Virus genome (UHGV): UHGV-1376603
Length of the DNA: 44,448 bases
Reading direction: 5' to 3' (one strand)
Origin: a virus
Part shown: piece by piece, positions 20,120 through 27,889 of the stretch
Position numbering within the stretch: the stretch's first letter is position 1
Layout: each line of letters begins with the position of its first letter
Made by a program: the position numbers and the translations under genes
Notes under the pieces: generated by a model
Seen by the model: only the letters and a program-made list of their open reading frames with translations
What the model was told of the DNA's origin: nothing
The model's database searches: none

Positions 20120-20170
20120 GGGTTACCTGCTGAATTGCGGGCATTGAAAAGGCCGCTCATTGGCGGCCTG

Positions 20171-20953
20171 TTATTTTTTTGGTTCTGGGATCTGCACTTC
20201 TGGCCAGCAATCGCAGTTCGGCAGGCATCCGGCGTGGCCGGTCATACCGTCAAGCGTTGGCGGGTTATCCCAGCGCACAAATTTATCTTTCATTCCTCGG
20301 TGCGATGGCCTGGTACCAGCCCCCTTGATGCGCCACCAGTACCCCTCAGAACCAACGGACAGTGCCCGAGCCTGAGTTAATGCGGTAGTGGCGCGGCCTA
20401 TCTCAGTGCGGGCTATCATCCGCGCCCTGCTGGCTGCCACGTCGCCGGACTGCATGATCATCTCGTAAAGCTGATCTGGGCGCTCACCATGGATGACAGC
20501 TTGTATTGCACGCTCCTGAATCTCCCTGACACGTCCGGCCGCCTCTAATGGCAGAGACTTCATGTAGCGAATCTGTCGGTAAACGATATCTTGCGCCACC
20601 ATGCCGACTGGTGTGTTACTAATCACGTCACGAAGACCAGCGGAAATTTCTTCCGAAACAGAGCGCCACTGATCCCACTCTTCTCGCTCCACCTGGGCAA
20701 ACATCTTTCGACCGACCATTTCGGCCCAGTCGTCGATCACCACGGAGTAGTCAACAAGCGATTTAGCAATGCTCTCAGCGCTTGCCTGTGAACCATCGTA
20801 GGAGCCCGTGACGATTTGGTTTATCTGGTCGACTATCGCCAGTAGGCTTTTCTGATACTGGACCTCCGATCGGCGGCGGAGGGCTGGTTTCAGATTCAGT
20901 CTCCTGCCACTGTTTCTTCGCACTCTGGATATCCTCATCGCTAATTGAAGCAC
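20171..20953 (-). CDS. Head morphogenesis protein (Mu F / SPP1 gp7 family)
   Basis: 260-aa ORF following the portal. The listed start overlaps the portal by about 180 nt, so the true start is probably an internal or non-ATG codon. Confidence 0.55.
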   Translation of the reverse strand: MLQLAMRISRVRRNSGRRLNLKPALRRRSEVQYQKSLLAIVDQINQIVTGSYDGSQASAESIAKSLVDYSVVIDDWAEMVGRKMFAQVEREEWDQWRSVSEEISAGLRDVISNTPVGMVAQDIVYRQIRYMKSLPLEAAGRVREIQERAIQAVIHGERPDQLYEMIMQSGDVAASRARMIARTEIGRATTALTQARALSVGSEGYWWRIKGAGTRPSHRGMKDKFVRWDNPPTLDGMTGHAGCLPNCDCWPEVQIPEPKK

Positions 20954-22226
20954 CGATGCCGGTAACGTCAGACAGCTCGCGCAAATCGGTCAGAGCAGCA
21001 GCCGGCGACATTCCCAAATCACGCACCGCGGTTGCCAGGGCGGTGGTCGTGTTGGTCGCCACCGTGGAGCGATCGGTGTCGCTCATCTGCCACAGGGGGT
21101 TAAACTCAAAGGTGAAATCTTGCGGCAACGGCTCGCCAAACTCTGAGCGATGCAGTACATCGAATAACAGGCGGATGTGAGGCCGTAAATCTCGCTCCTG
21201 AAGCGTTCCCACGTCGTCGTAGTAGTTCGCGAGGTCAGCGTCACCGGTTGAAAAACCCTTCGGTGACTGGCGGAACAGACGGACAAGAGGAATGCCAACA
21301 GCACCCGCAATATCCTCTTTAAACTCACCCAGCAGGTCAGACAGCCCTGCGAAAGAATAGGAATGTGTTTCAAATTCGTCCTCCGAATCAAACAGGGACA
21401 TACCCTCGTTCGTCTGGTACTGGCGGACCATTTCCATATTCTTGATAAGCGCTTCAAACGCCTTGCCGCCCGTGGCGATAATCTCACGCAGCTTTTTAAT
21501 CTTTGCCGTTCGCAAATGCGCCTTGTAGGCAAGCTGGGCGGCGCCGACGCTGGTGCTATCGTAGGAAGTCAGGCGATCGAAGATGCGCTCAACAATGGAC
21601 ATCCCCCACTCGTTTTCGGTGATTTTCTGCTGGTACGGCAGTTTCACACCATCCATACGGATCAGGCGGCTGTGGTGAACAGTCCACGCAGGAAGCCCCT
21701 GCGCCGTTGTCACGATGTCATAGAATTCAGGCTTGCCGAGGTTAGGGCCAAGCGCCTTAATGCGCCTGGTGAGCTGCGGGTTAATCATCCAGCGGTCAAG
21801 TACAGCCAGACCTTTAAAACTGCCCTTACCTACCTTATCCAGCACCAGCGGCGTCAGCGGTGCCTGACCTTCAATCAGAATCAGTGCCACCGCCCCGCCA
21901 TACAGCCGGGACCATTTCAGCGTCTCGTTGATGCAATCCCAAAGCTGAAGATCATCGAACCGTGATTCCAGAACGCCACGACGCTTCGGGTCTATCTCAC
22001 TGGTGATCCGCACGCCTTTTTTGGTCATATCGTCCGCTTTCGAATCGACTGCGGCGCCAATAATCCAGGAGGAACGATAAGCCCACTCGATGAGCAGACG
22101 GTTGCGGCTGGTATAGTTCGCCCTGTAGGTCGATGCGGCATGCTGGTTAGGCTGCTGCATACCGACACGGGCAACAAAGTTATCGTACGAATCCGCCGTG
22201 GCGACTCGTCCTGTTTTCTTCGCCAT
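20775..22226 (-). CDS. Portal protein (Mu gpH / DUF935 family)
   Basis: 483 aa following terL. Acidic C-terminal region. Confidence 0.7.
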   Translation of the reverse strand: MAKKTGRVATADSYDNFVARVGMQQPNQHAASTYRANYTSRNRLLIEWAYRSSWIIGAAVDSKADDMTKKGVRITSEIDPKRRGVLESRFDDLQLWDCINETLKWSRLYGGAVALILIEGQAPLTPLVLDKVGKGSFKGLAVLDRWMINPQLTRRIKALGPNLGKPEFYDIVTTAQGLPAWTVHHSRLIRMDGVKLPYQQKITENEWGMSIVERIFDRLTSYDSTSVGAAQLAYKAHLRTAKIKKLREIIATGGKAFEALIKNMEMVRQYQTNEGMSLFDSEDEFETHSYSFAGLSDLLGEFKEDIAGAVGIPLVRLFRQSPKGFSTGDADLANYYDDVGTLQERDLRPHIRLLFDVLHRSEFGEPLPQDFTFEFNPLWQMSDTDRSTVATNTTTALATAVRDLGMSPAAALTDLRELSDVTGIGASISDEDIQSAKKQWQETESETSPPPPIGGPVSEKPTGDSRPDKPNRHGLLRWFTGKR

Positions 22227-22463
22227 GGTGACTATTCTCCGGCTATTTCGATACTCGTGGCGGATAGGATAATTTGTTAAAAAACGACCCGATTTAACAT
22301 AATGACTGTTACCCGCACCAGCCGGATCCCTCCCATGATGAAATGTCCGCCAAAGGCTTATTTATCGTGGTTAAGTGGCTAAAAGCGCGTGAATAAAACA
22401 TGCATAAACAGGGTCGAAAAATGAATAGCGTGAATTTTGCGTGAAACGGTTATTTCCAGGTAT

Positions 22464-23891
22464 TTAGCTATTCCCCAGCGCTTCCCAGATATCCATTGCC
22501 GTATCGGTTGGAGCAAACGCCATGATGAACGCGTCGGCTACGTTCGGCGATGGTACGTCACGCTTGGCGAGGTCTTTCTTGCTTTCCACCATCACGCGAC
22601 CGTTTTTGTCAAAATCACGGTGCGGGGTAGTAAGTTCCAGCTTGAGCTTTTCCAGCAGCGGACAGGATGAGTCAATGCTAATCAGCTCATCTACCGGGTA
22701 CTGCTCGCCGTTCTTTACCGCGTTGAAGGTGTTACGGAAGCGATCCGCTACCAGCCACCAGGCTTGCGCTTTTAGGTTGGCGAAAAAATCCTTGTTTGGG
22801 ATGCCAATATATTCGTAGTCAGGCTCATTCACACCAGCGCCAGCATTGAATCGCTGATAATTGATGCGGGATGCATTCATGTTTTCGCGCTTACGATCCT
22901 CATTAATTTCTGAGAATTTCGCGCCAGCAGATGCCCCAACGCCGATTGAGTCGTAGACGATATCAGCATCGCGCTCCAGTGCTGCCTGATACGTACGCTG
23001 GCAGCTCTTCAGCAATTCGTCTTCTTTCGCCTTCCACTCATCCGCCCAATACACGACGGAGCCGTGGCGATAGACGTTAGCGCACTTATCGGCGCCGCTA
23101 TCGGCAACGTCGAAACCAATACGCTTACGCCCGCTTGGCTCGAAATTAAGGACTTTATGGGCATCAACAGCCGCCTCAATCCATGACAGCTTGATAATGG
23201 CCGCATCATCATCCGACTCTGGCACGCCTTCGTAGACGTGCTTAAATCCATCCGGATCCCGGCGCTTAGCGGCTTCGATAACCTTCAGCATGGTGTCGGA
23301 CAAAAAGGGGTTTTCATCGTAGTTGATTTTGCGTATCAGCGTATCTTCTGGCGGATCGACCACAAAGTTACGCCACACGAAATCAGTCACCAGCCCGGGG
23401 TTAAAGATAAACCAGCACTCTGAGCCTTCTTTACGGATGGTAGGCTCCAGTATCTTCCACTGGTATTCCGTCAGCGCGTGAGCCTCTTCAAGCCACAGAA
23501 CGCTGATACCTTCCAGAGACTTAATCTCTTCAATGTTGCGCCAGAGCCCATAAAAGACGAATTCAGACCCGGTCACCCGGTTAATGATTTTGTTGTTCAG
23601 AATGCGGAAACGATGCCGTAGGCCAAAGCGGTCAATCTGAATTTTGAGCAGGGTATACACCGACTCTTCAATTTTGTTCTGGATCTGACGTGCACAGCAA
23701 AAGCGCAGGCTGTATTTATTCGACAGAAATATGGCTATGCCAGCGGCATCCCACGATTTTGACGATGACCGGCCACCATAAAGCACTTTGTTACGCGCCT
23801 GCGTCGTCCAGAAGCTACGCAGGACCGGATTCAGCGTCGGTTTGGATGTCAGAGTAGAAGTCATTGAGGTCACGCTCTCCGTTGCCATCAT
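22464..23891 (-). CDS. terL: Terminase large subunit
   Basis: 475 aa. Contains the Walker A-like block VLYGGRSSSKSWDAA and a C-terminal nuclease domain with acidic residues. Follows terS. Confidence 0.8.
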   Translation of the reverse strand: MMATESVTSMTSTLTSKPTLNPVLRSFWTTQARNKVLYGGRSSSKSWDAAGIAIFLSNKYSLRFCCARQIQNKIEESVYTLLKIQIDRFGLRHRFRILNNKIINRVTGSEFVFYGLWRNIEEIKSLEGISVLWLEEAHALTEYQWKILEPTIRKEGSECWFIFNPGLVTDFVWRNFVVDPPEDTLIRKINYDENPFLSDTMLKVIEAAKRRDPDGFKHVYEGVPESDDDAAIIKLSWIEAAVDAHKVLNFEPSGRKRIGFDVADSGADKCANVYRHGSVVYWADEWKAKEDELLKSCQRTYQAALERDADIVYDSIGVGASAGAKFSEINEDRKRENMNASRINYQRFNAGAGVNEPDYEYIGIPNKDFFANLKAQAWWLVADRFRNTFNAVKNGEQYPVDELISIDSSCPLLEKLKLELTTPHRDFDKNGRVMVESKKDLAKRDVPSPNVADAFIMAFAPTDTAMDIWEALGNS

Positions 23892-24588
23892 CTATACCAG
23901 CATCACGGCGAAGACGATCGGCCTCCAGCGACACCTTATCAGTAGCGGCCTCTCTATAAGTAACGTCAGCGCGCTGCTTAATGATTGATACCTTGGTGTA
24001 CTCCAGAGATTCAATGCGCGCAGTATTGCGATGCATGGCTGTCTGAGCTGACGAAATCAAGTTGTGAATGTCTTTAGCCGCCTTGGCATTCGCGGTCTCA
24101 AGCTCTGCTTTCCAGCGGCCAATATTCTCTGCAGCGGTCAGATTTGCCGCACGCAGCCAGAAAAGCTCATCGTCGAGTGTAAGCATCTGAGCATCTTCAG
24201 TAGTAGCATCAGAAAGCAACATTCGACGACCGTAGCCGCCATGCTTCAGGGCGTGCTGATTACCGGTCTGAAATGGATTGGTTGGAGGATTGGTACGCAC
24301 TCCGCGTATCGGTTTCGTTTCTGGTGGAGGTTCAGCTTTTGGTTGCGTACTTTTTTGCGTACGGCCAGCGCTGGCAGGCTTTTCGCTGGTACGCACCTTG
24401 CTCTTTTGCGTACCACTTTGCGTACCATTTTTGCGTACCTGCGTACCGCTATTGCGTACCCAGTCAAACTTTTTAGCCCTCTTCCTGATAGCCCCTTCAG
24501 TAACGCCGTATTTATCGCCTATATCACGGAGACTAAGGACTCCGGCCCGGTATGCCGATTCGATGGCCTCCCAGTCCGGTTTTGCCAT
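23815..24588 (-). CDS. terS: Terminase small subunit with N-terminal HTH
   Basis: N-terminus MAKPDWEAIESAYRAGVLSLRDIGDKYGVTEGAIRKR is terS-HTH-like. The central low-complexity segment is encoded by the heptamer repeats. Overlaps the terL start. Confidence 0.7.
   Translation of the reverse strand: MAKPDWEAIESAYRAGVLSLRDIGDKYGVTEGAIRKRAKKFDWVRNSGTQVRKNGTQSGTQKSKVRTSEKPASAGRTQKSTQPKAEPPPETKPIRGVRTNPPTNPFQTGNQHALKHGGYGRRMLLSDATTEDAQMLTLDDELFWLRAANLTAAENIGRWKAELETANAKAAKDIHNLISSAQTAMHRNTARIESLEYTKVSIIKQRADVTYREAATDKVSLEADRLRRDAGIDDGNGERDLNDFYSDIQTDAESGPA
24291..24461. repeat. Cluster of about 9 copies of heptamer TGCGTAC/GTACGCA (7 direct, 2 inverted) inside terS. Candidate pac site.
   Basis: TTGCGTAC at 24345, 24355, 24407, 24419, 24431, 24441, 24453. 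GTACGCA at 24293 and 24389. Confidence 0.45.
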
Positions 24589-24646
24589 AATTTTGTCCTC
24601 GCCTTGACATTATCGAGCCACCTCTTGAAGTGGCTCTGTAATGCCA

Positions 24647-25075
24647 TCAAGCTAAAACTCCGACCGTCTGTTTTTCTACTTTGTCTCTGGCCAGAGAAAT
24701 GCAGAACCGCACAAACAGGGATGAAAGCGCATAACACACTGCGGTGAATACCCAGCCGCCGTAGGCAAGCAGAGCGATGGTTGCCACCATGCAACACCAT
24801 CCCCACCAACGAGCAACTACGTTCTTACGCCGGACAATCTTTCTCAGCGACTCAAGCACCGACTGACGTGTTTTCTCATCAGTTACATGCTCAGCGCCAT
24901 GGGCGAGGAATGTTGTAAGAACACCCCCAAATACACCAAGGAATACCACCACCCAAAACGCAGTAGCGGCCACGTTCAGAATGTTGCTTTGCCCTGTAAC
25001 CGATCCAAAGGCCAGTGCCGCAAGCAGCGCGTAATAGAGAATTTTATTCAGTGTGTCGATCAAAAAGTTTTTCAT
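24647..25075 (-). CDS. Integral membrane protein (about 4 TM helices). Moron between the lysis cassette and terS.
   Basis: ATG at 25075 with AAAGGAAA RBS. Hydrophobic segments LYYALLAALAFG, AFWVVVFLGVFGGVLTTFL, WWGWCCMVATIALLAYGGWVFTAVCYAL. An interrupted palindrome lies upstream. Confidence 0.55.
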   Translation of the reverse strand: MKNFLIDTLNKILYYALLAALAFGSVTGQSNILNVAATAFWVVVFLGVFGGVLTTFLAHGAEHVTDEKTRQSVLESLRKIVRRKNVVARWWGWCCMVATIALLAYGGWVFTAVCYALSSLFVRFCISLARDKVEKQTVGVLA

Positions 25076-25200
25076 GCAGTTTTCCTTTAGATGTGAGCCT
25101 GTCGTACAGGAACGCCGCCCGAGAGAGGTCGCCACCTTTAACGGCGTTCCTCAGGCTCACGACTGAAAGACTCTCGATGGTTTGCGTGTACGATACGCAT

Positions 25201-25233
25201 AAAAAAGCCCCGCTATTGCGAGGCTCGTTTTTT
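25201..25233 (-). terminator. Rho-independent terminator at the Rz1 3' end (also T-run on + strand)
   Basis: AGCCCCGC-TATT-GCGAGGCT hairpin flanked by A6 and T6 runs. Near-identical stem sequence recurs at 27307..27328. Confidence 0.6.
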
Positions 25234-25470
25234 CTCTGCTTGCCTGATGTCAGCCTTATCCCGGTTGCACTGCCCAAGCGCTGATAGCAGACTGACGTTT
25301 AAATCCAGGCTCTGGCCCCACGTCAGGTTGTCAGGGATTTCCGGTTGCGGGGTGTCAGCCGTCAGGCTGGCCGGTAACGGGACCACCGGAACCTTGACGT
25401 AGACCGTTCGCGAATTGTTGCAGCCGCTTAACTGCGCCAGCAGGCACAGGGCGATTAGTGCAATCATCAT
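25213..25470 (-). CDS. Rz1: o-spanin (Rz1-like outer-membrane lipoprotein), partly overlapping Rz in another frame
   Basis: Lipobox LLAQLSGC. Pro-rich mature part. Start embedded in the Rz coding region. Confidence 0.6.
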   Translation of the reverse strand: MMIALIALCLLAQLSGCNNSRTVYVKVPVVPLPASLTADTPQPEIPDNLTWGQSLDLNVSLLSALGQCNRDKADIRQAEKKRASQ

Positions 25471-25744
25471 TCGCAACAGCAACCCGGATATCAGCCGAGG
25501 CTCCCGATGCGTCCAGTGCGATCTGCTCTTTTGCATGCTGATTGGCCTCGGCGATGGTGTTGAAGATGGTCATGGTGGTCAGAACGTTGGAGGTGATCGC
25601 CTGAGCTGCGTTTACCTGCTGCTCGGCGCCATCGGCTCGGGTTTTCTGCTCAGCAGCAGCGTTGTGGTAATGCATTGCCAGCCAACCAAGGCAAACAACC
25701 AGGCAGATCACAACGGCGCTGATAATGGCGGTTAATCGGCTCAT
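25355..25744 (-). CDS. Rz: i-spanin (Rz-like)
   Basis: N-terminal TM segment [19 protein letters not shown] then a helical periplasmic domain. ATGA overlap with the endolysin stop. Confidence 0.6.
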   Translation of the reverse strand: MSRLTAIISAVVICLVVCLGWLAMHYHNAAAEQKTRADGAEQQVNAAQAITSNVLTTMTIFNTIAEANQHAKEQIALDASGASADIRVAVANDDCTNRPVPAGAVKRLQQFANGLRQGSGGPVTGQPDG

Positions 25745-26244
25745 TTCTGCCCCCACAAACAAACTTCGCGCTCAATCTCGCGGCGAGTTATCAAGCCTTT
25801 CCACTGTTTTCCCTTGGCATAGGTCCAGCGGCGCAGCTGATCACATGCACCTTTCTGGTCGCCCTGGTTGATTTTGCGCAGCAGCGTGGAGGTCTGGAAA
25901 TTGCCAGCGCCGACGTTATAGGCGAACGAGTACAGAGCCCCGCGCATTGTCTCGGGGATCGGCTTCTGGATGTATGGGTTAATCTGGCGGGCGACGGTGT
26001 TCAGGTCTTTGCTGAGTAGCGCACGGCATTCAGCCTCGGTATACTTCTTGCCGAGCATGATGTCTTTGCCAGTGTGGCCATAACAGACAGTCCAGACGCC
26101 TACCACGTCTTGATAGGGATCGTATCGCACACCTTCAAGGCCATCGTTACCGGTCGGGCCGGTGATGAGCGCTGAAGCAATGGCTATGGCGCCACCGCCG
26201 ACGGCAGCGATAACGCTATTCCTCAGTTTTGGTGTCATAGCCAT
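25741..26244 (-). CDS. R: SAR endolysin (GH24 lysozyme with N-terminal signal-anchor-release domain)
   Basis: N-terminus [21 protein letters not shown] is Gly/Ala-rich and weakly hydrophobic. E-8x-D-5x-T catalytic spacing in [23 protein letters not shown]. Confidence 0.75.
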   Translation of the reverse strand: MAMTPKLRNSVIAAVGGGAIAIASALITGPTGNDGLEGVRYDPYQDVVGVWTVCYGHTGKDIMLGKKYTEAECRALLSKDLNTVARQINPYIQKPIPETMRGALYSFAYNVGAGNFQTSTLLRKINQGDQKGACDQLRRWTYAKGKQWKGLITRREIEREVCLWGQK

Positions 26245-26485
26245 TGAGCCGATCCTCGCGTTCTTTCCGCCGGTAGTACCAGTTCACCCCACAGGTGGTA
26301 ATGGTGCAGGCGATACCGACAATAATTGCCCAGTCACTCAGGGTCATCCCCGCTATTTTGTCGGCCAAAATCCATACCTCTGCCTTAACTGCCCCGGCAT
26401 ACGCCTTTGCTGAGACACCGCAGCCCGTCAGTGCGGTCCCGGTGCCGTATGAAAGTCTGCTGTAAATGGTGCTCATTTTTGTCAT
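26216..26485 (-). CDS. S: Class II holin (pinholin-type, 2 TM)
   Basis: 89 aa with two hydrophobic segments and a charged C-terminus [19 protein letters not shown]. Overlaps the endolysin start. Confidence 0.65.
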   Translation of the reverse strand: MTKMSTIYSRLSYGTGTALTGCGVSAKAYAGAVKAEVWILADKIAGMTLSDWAIIVGIACTITTCGVNWYYRRKEREDRLNGYDTKTEE

Positions 26486-26604
26486 AACCTCACCTCCGTA
26501 GATGACGGATGGCGCTGTGCGTAAAGGGGAAAAGAGACCCAGACCCTGCGGGCTGATTTATCAACAAAGCACGTCGGGGATGATTCCCGAGGGCCTAGGC
26601 ATGC

Positions 26605-26632
26605 TCAATAAAAAACCCGCTCAAGGCGGGAA
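26605..26632 (-). terminator. Rho-independent terminator upstream of the holin in the late leader
   Basis: On the minus strand CCCGC-CTTGA-GCGGG is followed by TTTTTTATT. Confidence 0.55.
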
Positions 26633-26889
26633 GAAATACCAAGGGTAAAAGTGACGGCGCGGTAGCCGTAATGGTCCCAAGGTAGAGGGATTTAGAAGGC
26701 TGCAGCATAACTATCACTGGTGATGCAGGATAGCCAGTTAGGGCTGCAGCTCGGTTTCTTGAGTGGTGGCCGGTGCTGATCTCCGGCTTTCTCTGGCATT
26801 ACACGTACCCAAGACTATTCTCCAGAGATAGCGCTGTCCTCATTAAGGGGTGCCGTCTCTAACGCATCAGCCTGCGCATTCACCACAAC

Positions 26890-26990
26890 GGGAAGAGCAC
26901 TGCGGCGGAATCGAACCGCATCTGCATAAGCCGCATTTCCCAGATATGCTACTTACAATGCCCTTACCTGTTATGGGCTCCGTTTCGTGG
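26890..26990 (-). other. tRNA-like remnant: perfect T-arm (GCGGTTCGATTCCGC) and a D-arm-like hairpin, but no complete cloverleaf
   Basis: Reverse complement contains GCAT-ATCTGGGAA-ATGC and GCGG-TTCGATT-CCGC. Acceptor and anticodon stems could not be paired. Confidence 0.3.
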
Positions 26991-27138
26991 AGCAACGGCC
27001 AGTCGATCAATCTGGCACCCGGGGAGGACTTATTTTAGGCGATAATGCCCGTGCTCCATATCTGGCGGCCTGTTGCGTTGCGCCAACAACGCCCTGATGG
27101 ATTGGATTATGAGCCCGTCATCAGGTCAGGCCATTATC

Positions 27139-27214
27139 TGGTGCTGGTTGACGGAATCGAACCGCCGACATCCTGCTTACAAGGCAGGCGCTCTACCTGC
27201 TGAGCTAAACCAGC
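27139..27214 (-). tRNA. tRNA-Thr (anticodon UGU)
   Basis: Reverse complement GCTGGTTTAGCTCAGCAGGTAGAGCGCCTGCCTTGTAAGCAGGATGTCGGCGGTTCGATTCCGTCAACCAGCACCA folds as a 76-nt cloverleaf: 7-bp acceptor, D-arm GCTC/GAGC, anticodon stem CCTGC/GCAGG with loop CTTGTAA, T-arm GGCGG/CCGTC, encoded CCA. Confidence 0.85.
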
Positions 27215-27216
27215 AA

Positions 27217-27278
27217 TCTGGTTCAGGGCTCTTGCGCGGCGGGTGTCGAAGTGTCGTGCAGCACGTCTCTACCCAAGA
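27217..27278 (-). other. Long hairpin (11-bp perfect stem CAGGGCTCTTG/CAAGAGCCCTG, 40-nt loop) immediately 5' of tRNA-Thr in the late leader
   Basis: Seen directly. Cloverleaf folding failed. The 3' flank AACCAG can pair with the tRNA 5' CUGGUU. Confidence 0.4.
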
Positions 27279-27295
27279 GCCCTGACCGGATTGCA

Positions 27296-27330
27296 GATAC
27301 AAAAAAGCCCCGCACGATGGCGAGGCTCGG
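27296..27330 (-). terminator. tR'-like intrinsic terminator about 60-90 nt downstream of Q
   Basis: On the minus strand GAGCCTCGC-CATCGT-GCGGGGCT is followed by TTTTTTGT. The stem is almost identical to the Rz1 terminator. Confidence 0.55.
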
Positions 27331-27339
27331 TGTTCTGAT

Positions 27340-27402
27340 AGGTCAAACGCAAATACGGCAACCTACACTAAATATATTGCTCATTTGTTCATTGAAATGC
27401 AA
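27340..27402 (-). promoter_or_regulatory. Putative late promoter PR' / Q-utilisation region overlapping the Q 3' end
   Basis: On the minus strand TTGCAT ... AATATATT with an 18-20 nt spacer. The position (Q stop, short leader, terminator) mirrors lambda PR'-tR'. Confidence 0.3.
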
Positions 27403-27889
27403 GCGCGTTATGACTATTTTTTGCAATTTTCCTCACGCTTTCGCGATCGTTAAACGCATTTTGCAGCGGCTGGTACAGGCAGAAGAGCGCCGCGTTGATA
27501 ATCTGCTTAACTTCCCGGCGGATGGTTGAAATGCTCGGGTGCTTATACTGGTTTCCGGCGCGGGTCTTCATCAGGCGAGGTTTGCTCACAGCATGCTGCC
27601 ATGAAGCGATCCTTATCTCGCTTGAGTTACAGACGTAATAGGCAAAAATCACCTTCCATGCGTTCTCATCTACGTTTTTCAGGTAGTGTCGGATTACGGC
27701 ATCAATCAGCAACCCATCATCATCGCTGCATACAGGCCTTGATGGTGCTTGCGGCTCAACGGTGGCCATGAACTTGGCGATCATATTTATCATCGCCTTG
27801 TCTATCTTCCCTGTCTGGCACCATGCGCCCCAAAGCTGGAGCCACTGATCTATCCACTGGTGCTGTTCGTTGGTTAATTCCAGTTTCAT
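27389..27889 (-). CDS. Q: Late-gene antiterminator Q
   Basis: 166 aa. N-terminus [27 protein letters not shown] contains the W-x2-WG-x-W block of Q-family antiterminators. Located upstream of the tRNAs and lysis genes. Confidence 0.65.
   Translation of the reverse strand: MKLELTNEQHQWIDQWLQLWGAWCQTGKIDKAMINMIAKFMATVEPQAPSRPVCSDDDGLLIDAVIRHYLKNVDENAWKVIFAYYVCNSSEIRIASWQHAVSKPRLMKTRAGNQYKHPSISTIRREVKQIINAALFCLYQPLQNAFNDRESVRKIAKNSHNALAFQ

Noticed and set aside
21363-21965. 200-aa plus-strand ORF
   Set aside because: Antisense to the portal gene.
24246-24607. Small ORFs on both strands rich in CVP/LRT repeats
   Set aside because: Generated by the GTACGCA heptamer repeats inside terS. terS is the real reading frame.
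26890-26990. Second full tRNA gene
   Set aside because: T-arm and a D-arm-like hairpin are present. However the acceptor stem needs two G-U pairs with wrong spacing, and no anticodon stem forms. Kept only as a tRNA-like remnant with low confidence.
27217-27278. Possible additional tRNA (perfect 11-bp stem plus TTCGA in the loop)
   Set aside because: Total length is 62 nt. No D-arm, anticodon arm or T-stem pairing could be built, so it is reported as a hairpin only.
27073-27285. 70-aa plus-strand ORF
   Set aside because: Overlaps the tRNA-Thr gene and the leader hairpin. Sequence reflects tRNA complement, not coding.
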